From assembly GCA_043747615.1 (NCBI GenBank), contig JAYTOU010000044.1, positions 25,754-89,753 of the forward strand: a stretch of DNA of 64,000 nt, in the 5' to 3' direction. This document shows positions 28,534-37,550 of the stretch, one piece after another. Under the pieces are notes generated by a model. The model was given only the letters and a program-made list of their open reading frames with translations, was not told the DNA's origin and did no database searches. Position numbers and translations under genes: made by a program. How positions within the stretch are numbered: position 1 is the first letter of the stretch; each line of letters begins with the position of its first letter. This DNA comes from Myxococcales bacterium. GTDB taxonomy: Bacteria; Myxococcota_A; Polyangia; Polyangiales; Polyangiaceae.

Positions 28534-29354
28534 TCAATTCGGCCTACGTAGTCGTAAAGCTCGGCGGCGAAGTGGTGAGCGGACCGCACCTCGCTGCGAT
28601 CGCAGCGGACGTCGCGGAGCTGGCCACGGCGAAGACGCGCGTGCTCATGGTGCACGGCGGCGGACCGCAGGCAACGGCACTCCAGAAAAATCTCGGGCAG
28701 ACGCCGAACATCGTCGCGGGTCGCCGGATCACCGACGCAGACACTCTCGAGGTCATGAAGATGATCGTCGCTGGGAGGGTAAACGTCGATCTTTGCTCGG
28801 CGCTCCTCGCCGCGGGAGTGAATCCGGTTGGCCTTCACGGAGCGAGCTCGTGCGCGGTTCGCGCCGAAAAAAGGCCTCCTCGCGTGATCACGGGAGGCGG
28901 CCCCGACCCCATCGACTTCGGGCACGTCGGCGACGTCGTCGGCGTGAACAAGGCGCTCTTCGAGCTCCTGAGCGGCGCGGGCTACGTGCCGGTCGTCGCC
29001 TGCCTCGGCGCAGACGAACGGGGCGCGGTCTTCAACATCAACGCAGACGTCGTCGCCAGCCGCCTCGCCATCGAGCTCGACGCGCGCTCACTCATTCTCA
29101 TCACCGACGTTCCCGCCGTCCTTCGCGATGTGACCGATCCTTCGTCGCGCATCGCTCGAATGACGGTCGCCGAAGGGCGAAGAGCCATCGACGAGGGGAT
29201 CGTCACCAAGGGCATGATCCCCAAGCTCGAGGAGTCGTTCGCAGCCATCGCAGAAGGCGTGCACGCGGTGCACATCGTGGGCCGCCTCGCGCGTGGAGAT
29301 CTGGCGCGCGAAGTGACTACGCCAGGCAGCGTGGGAACGGTGCTCGTCGCCTGA
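28530..29354 (+). CDS. argB: Acetylglutamate kinase
   Basis: VVKLGG, VHGGGP, NINAD, GMIPK; TTG start overlaps the argC stop. Confidence 0.94.
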   Translation: MINSAYVVVKLGGEVVSGPHLAAIAADVAELATAKTRVLMVHGGGPQATALQKNLGQTPNIVAGRRITDADTLEVMKMIVAGRVNVDLCSALLAAGVNPVGLHGASSCAVRAEKRPPRVITGGGPDPIDFGHVGDVVGVNKALFELLSGAGYVPVVACLGADERGAVFNINADVVASRLAIELDARSLILITDVPAVLRDVTDPSSRIARMTVAEGRRAIDEGIVTKGMIPKLEESFAAIAEGVHAVHIVGRLARGDLAREVTTPGSVGTVLVA

Positions 29355-29355
29355 A

Positions 29356-29970
29356 ATGCTCGTCGTCGTGGTCGATCTCGGGCTCGGAAATTTGCGGAGC
29401 GTACAGCGCGCGATCATGCGCTCGGCGAGCGAGGCCAAGGTCGAATGCACCACGGTCGTCACCGCGGATCCGCAGCGTGTGCGCGAGGGCGACAAGATCG
29501 TCGTCCCCGGGCAGGGCTCGTTCGGCGCGGCAGCGGAGAGTCTCGACGGCGGATGGAGAGACGCTCTTCGCCAGCAAATCGCCCTAAAAAAACCGTACTT
29601 GGGCATCTGCCTAGGTCTGCAGCTCCTCTTCGATGGGAGCGAAGAGATGCCCGGCGCGCGAGGTCTCGGCGTCTTCGAGGGTGAGGTGGTGCGACTTCCG
29701 AAGAAGGCCGGGAAGACGCCGCACATGGGCTGGAATACCGTCGCTCCTTCGACGAGGAGCCTCCTTCCCGAGGAGGAAACGTACTTCTACTTCACGCATA
29801 CCTTCGTGGTCGCCCCACGCGATCCGACTCTCGCCTGCGGCTTCACCGAGTACGGAGCGACGCGCTTCGTGAGCGCGGTGGCCCGCGACAATCTCTTCGC
29901 GTGTCAGTTTCACCCCGAAAAAAGCCAGCTCGCAGGGCAGGCTCTTCTCGCGAGATTTCTTCGCTCATGA
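29356..29970 (+). CDS. hisH: Imidazole glycerol phosphate synthase glutaminase subunit
   Basis: GNLRSV, PGQG, GICLG, PHMGWN, QFHPEKS. Confidence 0.96.
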   Translation: MLVVVVDLGLGNLRSVQRAIMRSASEAKVECTTVVTADPQRVREGDKIVVPGQGSFGAAAESLDGGWRDALRQQIALKKPYLGICLGLQLLFDGSEEMPGARGLGVFEGEVVRLPKKAGKTPHMGWNTVAPSTRSLLPEEETYFYFTHTFVVAPRDPTLACGFTEYGATRFVSAVARDNLFACQFHPEKSQLAGQALLARFLRS

Positions 29971-30686
29971 TCATCATCCCTGCGATCGACCTGCTCGGCG
30001 GAAAGGCGGTGCGCCTTCACAAGGGTGACTACGACACCGTCACCGTTTACGACGACGATCCCCCGCGTCGCGCGCGCGAGTGGAGGGGGCTGGTTCCACG
30101 CCTTCACGTGGTCGATCTCGAAGGCGCAAAGGCCGGGCGCGCGGTCCAAGCCGATGCCGTGCGCGCGATCATCGAAGCCTTCGGTCCAGGCGTACAGATC
30201 GGCGGCGGCGTTCGGTCGCTCGAAGCGTTCGAGAGTTACCGCGCGCTCGGCGCCGATCGCGTCATCCTCGGAACGGCCGCCGTAAAAAATCCGGAGCTCG
30301 CCAAGGAGATCGCCGAGGCCCACCCCGGGCGCGTGATCGTTGCCGTCGATGCCAAGGACGGGATGGTCGCGATCGACGGTTGGACGACCGTATCCACGGT
30401 GAGCGCGCTCGACGTGGCCCGCGCGTTTGCGAAGCTCCCCATCGCCGGCATCCTTTACACCGACGTCTCGCGCGATGGCACGCGCACCGGGCCAAACGTG
30501 GAAATGACTGCGAATCTAGCCAGAAAAGCGGGGGTTTCCGTGATTGCGTCTGGAGGCGTGGGCACGCTCGAGCACCTGCGCGACCTCGCCCTCCATCCGG
30601 AGATCGAGGCGGTCATCGTGGGCCGCGCGCTCTACGACGGGAGCTTCACGCTGGCCGAAGCCGTCGAGGCCATATCGGCGCGCTAG
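29967..30686 (+). CDS. hisA: ProFAR isomerase
   Basis: IIPAIDL, LHVVDL, QIGGGVR, YTDVSRDG, GRALY. Confidence 0.96.
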   Translation: MIIIPAIDLLGGKAVRLHKGDYDTVTVYDDDPPRRAREWRGLVPRLHVVDLEGAKAGRAVQADAVRAIIEAFGPGVQIGGGVRSLEAFESYRALGADRVILGTAAVKNPELAKEIAEAHPGRVIVAVDAKDGMVAIDGWTTVSTVSALDVARAFAKLPIAGILYTDVSRDGTRTGPNVEMTANLARKAGVSVIASGGVGTLEHLRDLALHPEIEAVIVGRALYDGSFTLAEAVEAISAR

Positions 30687-30687
30687 G

Positions 30688-31179
30688 TTACGCGAGTGCC
30701 TTCTCGATCGCCTGCTTGACCTCGGGGCTGGTCGGTTCGACCTTCGGCTCGAATCGGCCAAGGATTTCCCCGTTCTTGCCGACCAGGAACTTGTTGAAGT
30801 TCCATTTAATCTCGCCAGCGAACTTGGGATTCGTTTCCTTGTCGGTAAGGAAAGAAAACAAGGGATCGATCCCCTCGCCCTTCACGACGACCTTCGAGAA
30901 CATATCGAAGTTCACACCGAACTTCGTTTTGCAGAACGCGTTGATGTCGGCGTTCGAGCCTGGCTCCTGGGCGCCGAATTCGTTCGCCGGAAATCCGAGG
31001 ATGGCCAGACCCTTCGCAGCGTAGGCCTCGTGAAGCTCTTCCAGGCCCTTGTACTGCGGCGTAAGCCCACACTCGGAAGCCACGTTCACGATGAGCAGCG
31101 GCTTGCCCTTGTAGTCAGCCAGTGTCTTCTTGTGGCCAGTGATTGATTGGACGGAAAAATCGTAAATGCTCTTCGTCAT
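30688..31179 (-). CDS. Glutathione peroxidase (Cys type)
   Basis: VNVASECGLT, GFPANEF, WNFNKFL. Confidence 0.95.
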   Translation of the reverse strand: MTKSIYDFSVQSITGHKKTLADYKGKPLLIVNVASECGLTPQYKGLEELHEAYAAKGLAILGFPANEFGAQEPGSNADINAFCKTKFGVNFDMFSKVVVKGEGIDPLFSFLTDKETNPKFAGEIKWNFNKFLVGKNGEILGRFEPKVEPTSPEVKQAIEKALA

Positions 31180-31190
31180 GACCGCGAACC

Positions 31191-31583
31191 CTAATCGTCA
31201 TCACCCGCGGTGGCCAGCGGGACAGCGTCGAGCGCGGCGCGGTGCCAGGCCTTTGCCTCGTCTCCAAAGTCTTTGAGGACGCGCTCGTACGTAGCGACCA
31301 CCGAGGTCCATTCGAGATCGGAGCCACCGGCTTCACCCTCGAGGGGCGGTGACACATCGGAGACAGCGGCCATGAAGGCCACGAGGTTGTCGTGGCGCTC
31401 GCCCTCGAACATGCGTGAGACGAAGGCGATCAAGTAGGCCAAGCGTCCGATGATCGGCTGCGCGGTGTAGAGCCAGACCTCGCGGGACGCGCTCGTGCGC
31501 ATCTCTCCGAGGATCCGCAAGTCTTGAAGAATCGTCACCAGGTGAGCTTCGAGCTCTGAGGGGTGGATGCTCGTTTCAGTCAT
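31191..31583 (-). CDS. Hypothetical protein
   Basis: Fills the gap in a co-directional operon; helical-looking sequence. Confidence 0.6.
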   Translation of the reverse strand: MTETSIHPSELEAHLVTILQDLRILGEMRTSASREVWLYTAQPIIGRLAYLIAFVSRMFEGERHDNLVAFMAAVSDVSPPLEGEAGGSDLEWTSVVATYERVLKDFGDEAKAWHRAALDAVPLATAGDDD

Positions 31584-31590
31584 CGTGCGC

Positions 31591-32580
31591 CTACAGCCCG
31601 ACGGGATGCCAAACGGTCTTCGTCTCCAAGAAGCGCTCGATCCAGCCAATCCCTTGGCCTTTGCGCTCATCGAACCAGGCCTCGGCGTCCATCGGGGCGT
31701 GGGTCTTCACCCGCTTGATGTTCTCGCTGCCGTCGCGCTCGAGGGACGCTCGCAGCTCGGTGTCGCGCGACCAGGCGTCGATGCCGATGACCTCGCGATG
31801 CTTGGCGAGCACCGGCGCGATCTCTTTTTCTTGGCCGAGGAGAATATTGACCACGCCCCCAGGCAGATCGCTCGTTGCGAGGCACTCCGAGAACACTACT
31901 GCAGTGCGCGGATCCGCCTCGCTCGCCACGGCGACGCAGGTGTTGCCGCCCGCAATCACGGGCAAGATCGTGGAGACGAGGCCGAGGAGCGCAGGACGAT
32001 CCGGCGCTGCAATGGCAATGACGCCCATGGGCTCGGGCACGCTGAAGCCAAAGTGCGGCCCGCTCACTGGATTCGACGACGCCACCAGCGATGCGATCTT
32101 GTCGCAGAATCCCGCGTAAAAAATGGCTCTGTCGATGGTCGCGTCCACCTCGGCGATGGCGCTCTTCGCCTTCACGCCGCCCCGCACGAGCGAGGCTTCG
32201 AGCTCATCGCGTCGGGATTCGATCACCTCGGCGAGACGGTAGAGAATCTGCCCGCGGTTGTAGGCGGTGCGCCCGGCCCAGGCGTCCCACGCGTTCTTGG
32301 CGACGAGGACCGCGTCGCGCGCATCTTTGCGAGAGCCGCGCGGAATGTTCACCATTTCCGGATCGGCGGAGCCCACGTTGCTCTCCACTTGGAAGTATCG
32401 CCCCGACTCGGAGCGCACGAACGCGCCGCCGACGTACATCTTGTACGCCTTGGCGACGCGGAGCCTCGTTCCAATTTTGGCGCGAACCTCGCCCACCACG
32501 GCCGTCGCACCGTTGGCCTGCAAAGAAAGGCCGTTTGCCGTTTTAGATTTCGTTGCAGCCTTCACGCGTTTCGTGCTCAT
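31591..32580 (-). CDS. Short aldehyde dehydrogenase-like protein (NAD-binding and oligomerisation parts only)
   Basis: YKMYVGGAFVRSESGR, EPMGV, DLPGGVVNIL, KTVWHP; lacks the ELGG...CCAG catalytic domain. Confidence 0.85.
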   Translation of the reverse strand: MSTKRVKAATKSKTANGLSLQANGATAVVGEVRAKIGTRLRVAKAYKMYVGGAFVRSESGRYFQVESNVGSADPEMVNIPRGSRKDARDAVLVAKNAWDAWAGRTAYNRGQILYRLAEVIESRRDELEASLVRGGVKAKSAIAEVDATIDRAIFYAGFCDKIASLVASSNPVSGPHFGFSVPEPMGVIAIAAPDRPALLGLVSTILPVIAGGNTCVAVASEADPRTAVVFSECLATSDLPGGVVNILLGQEKEIAPVLAKHREVIGIDAWSRDTELRASLERDGSENIKRVKTHAPMDAEAWFDERKGQGIGWIERFLETKTVWHPVGL

Positions 32581-34103
32581 CCGTCTACCTCCCGGTACGC
32601 GGAGAGTCCCTGCCGGCCGCCCTCGCGACCAAAGCCGCTCTCTTTGTATCCACCGAAGGGCGACGACGGATCGAATTTGTTGAAGGTGTTGCCCCAGATG
32701 ACGCCCGCCTTGAGACGCTGCGCCATCCAGAAAATCTTAGCCCCCTTGTCTGTCCAGATTCCGGCGGAGAGGCCGTACATCGAGTTGTTCGCCTTCTCGA
32801 GCGCCTCCTCCGGCGTGCGGAAGGTGAGAATGGTGAGCACGGGGCCGAAGATTTCTTCACGCGCGATGCGGCTCGACTGACTTGCGCCCGTGAAAAAGGT
32901 GGGCGCAAACCAGTAGCCCTTAGAGGGGAGCTTGCACGGCGCGGAGTAGCGCTCGGCCCCTTCTTGGGTCCCCGCCGCCACGAGCTCGCTAATGCGATCG
33001 AGCTGCATCTTGGAGTTGATCGCGCCGATATCTGTATTTTTGTCGAGCGGATCGCCGAGGCGGAGCGTGGCCATCCGATCGCGAAGCTTCCGCACCACGA
33101 GATCGTGGACGCTCTCTTCGACGAGGAGCCGCGAGCCTGCGCAGCATACGTGCCCCTGGTTGAAGAAGATGCCGCTGACGATCCCTTCGATTGCTTGATC
33201 GATCGGCGCGTCGGCGAAGATGATGTTGGCGGCTTTTCCCCCAAGCTCGAGGGTGAGGCGTTTGCTCGAGCCGGCGAGGGCTCTCTGGATGCGCCTGCCG
33301 ACGTCGGTGCTGCCGGTGAAGGCCACCTTGTTCACGTCGGGATGATTGGCGAGAGCCGCGCCGGTTAGCCCCGCGCCGGTGATGATGTTGACGACGCCCG
33401 GGGGGAGCTCCGCTTCTTCGATGATCTGCGCGAGGAGAAGCGCGGTGAGCGGCGTCGTTTCTGCAGGCTTGAGGACCACGGTGTTACCGCATGCGATGGC
33501 CGGCGCGATCTTCCACGCCGCCATGAGGAGCGGGAAATTCCAGGGAATGATCTGCCCGGCCACACCGAGGGGCCGAGAGGCGCGCCCATGAAATGCGTAG
33601 TCGAGCTTATCGGCCCAGCCGGCGTGATAAAAAAAATGCGCGGCTGCGAGCGGCACGTCCACGTCGCGTGATTCTTTGATCGGTTTGCCGCCGTCCATCG
33701 ATTCAACGATGGCAAGCTCGCGCGCCTTCTCTTGAATGGCGCGGGCAATTCGGAATACGTACTTCGCACGCTCGGCGCCGCGCATCTTCGACCAGTATTT
33801 GTCGTAAGCGTGACGCGCCGCTTTTACCGCATCGTCCACGTCCCTGGCGTTGGCGTCGGCGACCTCGGCGAGCTTCCCTTCAGTGCTCGGGCTGTAGCTC
33901 GCGAAATACGCTCCGCTGCGGGGAGCTTTCCATTTCCCGCCGATGAAAAGCTCGTATTTTGGCTGAAGTTTGACCTGATCGGTCGACTCGGGAGCAGGCG
34001 CGTAATCCCACTTGTGCCCAAAGTTCAGCGCGGGCCCGTGCACGCTCCGCTTCGCCGGAAGCTGCTCAGTCGCCGCGGTCGTTTTCGTCATCTCTCGGCT
34101 CAT
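32577..34103 (-). CDS. Aldehyde dehydrogenase
   Basis: PWNFP, FTGST, LELGGK, GHVCCAG, EEIFGP, PFGGYKESG. Confidence 0.96.
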   Translation of the reverse strand: MSREMTKTTAATEQLPAKRSVHGPALNFGHKWDYAPAPESTDQVKLQPKYELFIGGKWKAPRSGAYFASYSPSTEGKLAEVADANARDVDDAVKAARHAYDKYWSKMRGAERAKYVFRIARAIQEKARELAIVESMDGGKPIKESRDVDVPLAAAHFFYHAGWADKLDYAFHGRASRPLGVAGQIIPWNFPLLMAAWKIAPAIACGNTVVLKPAETTPLTALLLAQIIEEAELPPGVVNIITGAGLTGAALANHPDVNKVAFTGSTDVGRRIQRALAGSSKRLTLELGGKAANIIFADAPIDQAIEGIVSGIFFNQGHVCCAGSRLLVEESVHDLVVRKLRDRMATLRLGDPLDKNTDIGAINSKMQLDRISELVAAGTQEGAERYSAPCKLPSKGYWFAPTFFTGASQSSRIAREEIFGPVLTILTFRTPEEALEKANNSMYGLSAGIWTDKGAKIFWMAQRLKAGVIWGNTFNKFDPSSPFGGYKESGFGREGGRQGLSAYREVDG

Positions 34104-34108
34104 GGTCT

Positions 34109-35077
34109 TCAGTCTTTCGAGAAGTCTTCGCTGGCTTGATAAAGACCGGTTTTCTCTTTTTCGAGTTGCATGAGCACGTCATTCAAGAGGGCACTCGCGC
34201 CAAAGCGAAAAAGATCGGGCGTCAGCCAATCGTCGCCGAGAGTCTCTTTGACGATGACGAGATAGTGAAGCGCCTGTTTGGCAGTGCGGACGCCGCCTGC
34301 GGGCTTCATTCCAATTTTCCGACCGGTCGCATAGTAGTGATCACGAATGGTCTCGAGCATCACCAGCGTCACGGCGGGCGTCGCGGCGGGCTGGATCTTA
34401 CCGGTCGAGGTCTTGATGAAATCCCCGCCGGCGGCGATGCCGATTTCACTCGCGCGCCTGACTACGTCGTAAGAGCCAAGCTCTCCGGTCTCCAGGATCA
34501 CCTTCAGATGAGCCGCGCCGCAGGCCTCTTTTGTCGCTGCGATCTCGTCGAACACTTTGGCGTAGTCGCCGGCGAGCATGGCTCCGCGATCGATCACCAT
34601 GTCGATCTCGTCGGCGCCGAACTCCACCGCTCGGCGCACGTCGTCGAGCTTGATCGGCAGAGGTGACTGCCCGCTTGGAAACGCGGTAGCGACGCTCGCG
34701 ACCTTCACGGTGGACCCGGCGAGCGCGCGTTTTGCGGTCTGCACGTGGTTTGGATAGACGCAGATCGCGGCGCAAGGACCGATGCTCGGATCTCGGTCGA
34801 GCGGGAGGAGCGCCTTCGCACAAAGTGACCGCACCTTCCCGGGTGTGTCCTTCCCCTCGAGCGTCGTCAGATCCATCATCGCCACGGCCAGTCGAAGGCC
34901 TTGCACCTTCGAGGCCTTCTTGATGGACCGCTTGGCGAGTGCCGCGACGCGCTCTTCGATCGTGACCTGATCGACCGGCGGCGGCGAGGGCGAGAACATT
35001 GGAAAAAAGCTGGCTCGGGTGGCATTCCCGAGCGATGTACGGCTTCCGTTTGAGGAGGGGGGAGGAGGTGAGCTCAC
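34109..35077 (-). CDS. deoC: Deoxyribose-phosphate aldolase
   Basis: MDLTTLEG, DEIDMV, KVILETGEL, FIKTSTG, KPAGG, RFGAS; start uncertain (GTG 35077 or ATG 34999). Confidence 0.95.
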   Translation of the reverse strand: MSSPPPPSSNGSRTSLGNATRASFFPMFSPSPPPVDQVTIEERVAALAKRSIKKASKVQGLRLAVAMMDLTTLEGKDTPGKVRSLCAKALLPLDRDPSIGPCAAICVYPNHVQTAKRALAGSTVKVASVATAFPSGQSPLPIKLDDVRRAVEFGADEIDMVIDRGAMLAGDYAKVFDEIAATKEACGAAHLKVILETGELGSYDVVRRASEIGIAAGGDFIKTSTGKIQPAATPAVTLVMLETIRDHYYATGRKIGMKPAGGVRTAKQALHYLVIVKETLGDDWLTPDLFRFGASALLNDVLMQLEKEKTGLYQASEDFSKD

Positions 35078-35157
35078 GACGCTGAGGTTACCATGGTCTC
35101 TTGCCTCTACTTCCCCCCTTCGCTCGCCGCTTCGCGTCTTTCCGTTTGCGGGTTCGT

Positions 35158-35397
35158 CTAGGTGCGCTCTTTCGGCGGGGCCGCATCCATCTTCGCTCGC
35201 TTGCGGCGACGACGGGCAGCTTCCGCCTGCTTCTTCCGGCGCTTGACGCTCGGTTTCATGTAATGGCGGCGCATCTTGAGCTCGCGGAGGACACCCTCCG
35301 AAGCAAGCTTCCGCTTGAGCATCTTGATGGCGCGCTCGATCCCGCGGTCGCTGACGACCACTTCGAGCGGCTTGCACTGAATTGCATCACTAGGCAT
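35158..35397 (-). CDS. rpsU: 30S ribosomal protein S21
   Basis: IERAIKMLKRK...EGVLRELKMRRHYMKPSVKRRKK; AGGAG SD. Confidence 0.95.
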   Translation of the reverse strand: MPSDAIQCKPLEVVVSDRGIERAIKMLKRKLASEGVLRELKMRRHYMKPSVKRRKKQAEAARRRRKRAKMDAAPPKERT

Positions 35398-35473
35398 CAA
35401 CGTCTCCTACAGAATCAGGGAAAGGGCGACTTAGCATAGGCCCCCGGCGTTCGCCAAGGGCCAAGGAGGCTGT

Positions 35474-36067
35474 TTACGCCGAGGCTGAGGCCCCATTCGT
35501 GTGGGCGGCGGCTCCCGCGGTTGCCTTCTTGGCGCCCCGCTTCTTGGCCGAGCCGCGCTTTCCCCGCTTTTTTCCGGCGGGCTTGCCCGCTTTCGGAGAC
35601 CGCTTCACGGCCTTGGCGCTACCCCCCTTGGCCCCTTTGGCAAAGTAGGTGGTCGCCCGCTTCTGCCCCTGCTTGGCGATCTTCCGCGCGGCAAGAGCGT
35701 CGGCGATCGGGCGGGGGAGCTCCTTGGCCTCGAGCCCGAGCTCGTGACGAATCTGCTCTGCCCTGAGCCCGTCCGGATGCGCGCCGAGCAGATCCACGAT
35801 CTGACCAACCACGCCCGCAATGTCCGCCGGCGAGCGCCTCTCGAGACGACCGCGCCGACGCTTTTTCGCGGGGCGACCGTCGAGACCAGACCCCGAGCCG
35901 GACTCCGAGGCCGGGGGACGTCCACGGCGTGCGCCCGTTCTGCCGCCAGCCCCGCGCTCTCCGGACTCCGCCAAGATCTCGGCAAGCGAAGCGCCGCGAA
36001 TGGCCTCGAGAACTCCACTGGCGAATTGATTGGCGAGATGAGAAATGGCAGTGCGCAGGGTCGTCAT
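35474..36067 (-). CDS. Basic DNA-binding protein (AT-hook-like motif, winged helix, Lys/Ala-rich tail)
   Basis: RRGRPP; IVDLLGAHPDGLRAEQIRHELG...KQGQKRATTYF; H1-like C-terminal tail. Confidence 0.75.
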   Translation of the reverse strand: MTTLRTAISHLANQFASGVLEAIRGASLAEILAESGERGAGGRTGARRGRPPASESGSGSGLDGRPAKKRRRGRLERRSPADIAGVVGQIVDLLGAHPDGLRAEQIRHELGLEAKELPRPIADALAARKIAKQGQKRATTYFAKGAKGGSAKAVKRSPKAGKPAGKKRGKRGSAKKRGAKKATAGAAAHTNGASASA

Positions 36068-36145
36068 TGGGCTCCTTATACGTACTTCGAAATGGTCGGA
36101 GAGATAAACAGCCCCCCCCGACACGGTCAAGCGAGAATTACTAAG

Positions 36146-36228
36146 TACCGAAGGAGGGACTCGAACCCTCACACCCTTTCGGATGGCGGATTTTGAATCC
36201 GCTGCGTCTGCCATTCCGCCACTTCGGC
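36146..36228 (-). tRNA. tRNA-Leu(CAA)
   Basis: GCCGAAGTGGCGGAATGGCAGACGCA-GCGGA TT CAA AA TCCGC, long variable arm, GGTTCGAGTCC, CTTCGGTA. Confidence 0.97.
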
Positions 36229-36313
36229 TCTGGGCAGGACACCTAGCACGGCCACGGCTTCCAGAGAATGCGATGCTCGCTTCCCCTTCTGAATTCCGTA
36301 GTAGCCTCCGCGC

Positions 36314-37162
36314 ATGCGCTTTCGATTTCCCCTCGTTTGTCTGCTCGCGGTCGGTTTTTTAGGCTGCAAAGACCAAGGCAAGATCACTGCGCAAAAAGCT
36401 CAGGAGAACGCCGGGTCGATGGCCAAGCTCGCCGAAACCGACTGCGCGGAGATCGAACGGGGGCTGCCTGAAGGGGCAAAGCGACTGAGCGCGCTCTATG
36501 TGAAAGGAGCCGATCTTCGTCAAGATCCTCCGGCCGTGCGCGCGGCGCTCATCAAGGCACGCCGGGACGTTCCTGATCTGAACATTGCCAAGTCGACTTT
36601 CTTTGCGCTCGCAGACGAGAAGGGAGTGGCCATTCGCAATAACCTCGAGCAGGACGCAATGGCCGGTCAGAACTTGATGCTCGTGTTTCCCGAGCTCGCC
36701 AAAGTAAACAGTAGTCCGTATGTCGTGACGACCGGGGCATTCGCCGGAACAGGCACGCCCGCGGTACCCGACAAAGACTGGATCGCCGCCGTTCCCGTGA
36801 AGATCGATGGCGACAAGGTCGCGGGGATCTTCGTGACCGGCTGGTCTTTTCGCCGCTTCGCTTTCCATCTTCAGGAGTCGCTCAAACACGAGCTCGGCGA
36901 GCAACTGCTGAAAGATCGCGACACCGGCAAGCTGCCCATTCTTTACGTCATGGTTTTCGACAAGTCGGGAGTCTACGGAGCACCCCAAACTCCGGGCGTG
37001 AACGAGAAAGCCCTCGCCGAAATCGATTTGGTCGGCAAGACGAGCGCCGGCCCTTCACACGGTGTGCTTTCGATCACCGACCGCGAATTTGGATTTGGCG
37101 CCGCGCGTGTCCCCAAGCTCGGTGCAGAAACCGGGATCGTCGTCCTACGAAGCGATCTCTGA
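36314..37162 (+). CDS. Hypothetical lipoprotein (possible Cache-like fold)
   Basis: Lipobox FLGC; ALADEKGVAI and WIAAVPV...VAGIFV patterns. Confidence 0.75.
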   Translation: MRFRFPLVCLLAVGFLGCKDQGKITAQKAQENAGSMAKLAETDCAEIERGLPEGAKRLSALYVKGADLRQDPPAVRAALIKARRDVPDLNIAKSTFFALADEKGVAIRNNLEQDAMAGQNLMLVFPELAKVNSSPYVVTTGAFAGTGTPAVPDKDWIAAVPVKIDGDKVAGIFVTGWSFRRFAFHLQESLKHELGEQLLKDRDTGKLPILYVMVFDKSGVYGAPQTPGVNEKALAEIDLVGKTSAGPSHGVLSITDREFGFGAARVPKLGAETGIVVLRSDL

Positions 37163-37202
37163 ACGACCTTCGGGAGACGATGTCTCGTGATAGGCGTCTA
37201 CA

Positions 37203-37391
37203 CTAACCTTCGCCGAGGCGGCCGTAGCCGTGGATTGCTGCAATAAACGCGGCCCAGCCGGCGAGAACGACGACGCCGCCGAGGTCCTTCGACACGGTGC
37301 CGCACACGGCCAAGCCGAACGCGGAAAGCACCGCCCCGACGGTGAAGAGCCGGCGCATGTTCGTCACCTTCTTTTCGTCGGTCGTCATCAT
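37203..37391 (-). CDS. Small two-TM membrane protein
   Basis: Two hydrophobic segments in an intergenic gap. Confidence 0.55.
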   Translation of the reverse strand: MMTTDEKKVTNMRRLFTVGAVLSAFGLAVCGTVSKDLGGVVVLAGWAAFIAAIHGYGRLGEG

Positions 37392-37550
37392 GGCCAATTG
37401 TCGAGTTCGACTTTACGCAAGAAGCCGCGGGCGTCGCGCTCCATCTTTCGTTCAGCGGGGATCGACGAAGCTAACCGATGCTCGCCTCCGTCGCTAGGTC
37501 GCGAGGTGTATCAGCGACACAGCCTTCCAAAGGTCGGCTAGGCTCTACGC

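Noticed and set aside
30688..31179. Selenocysteine glutathione peroxidase
   Set aside because: The active-site codon is Cys in an open frame; there is no in-frame TGA.
35078..35377. Upstream extension of the deoC frame overlapping rpsU
   Set aside because: The region is explained by rpsU in another frame; the extension has no DeoC similarity.
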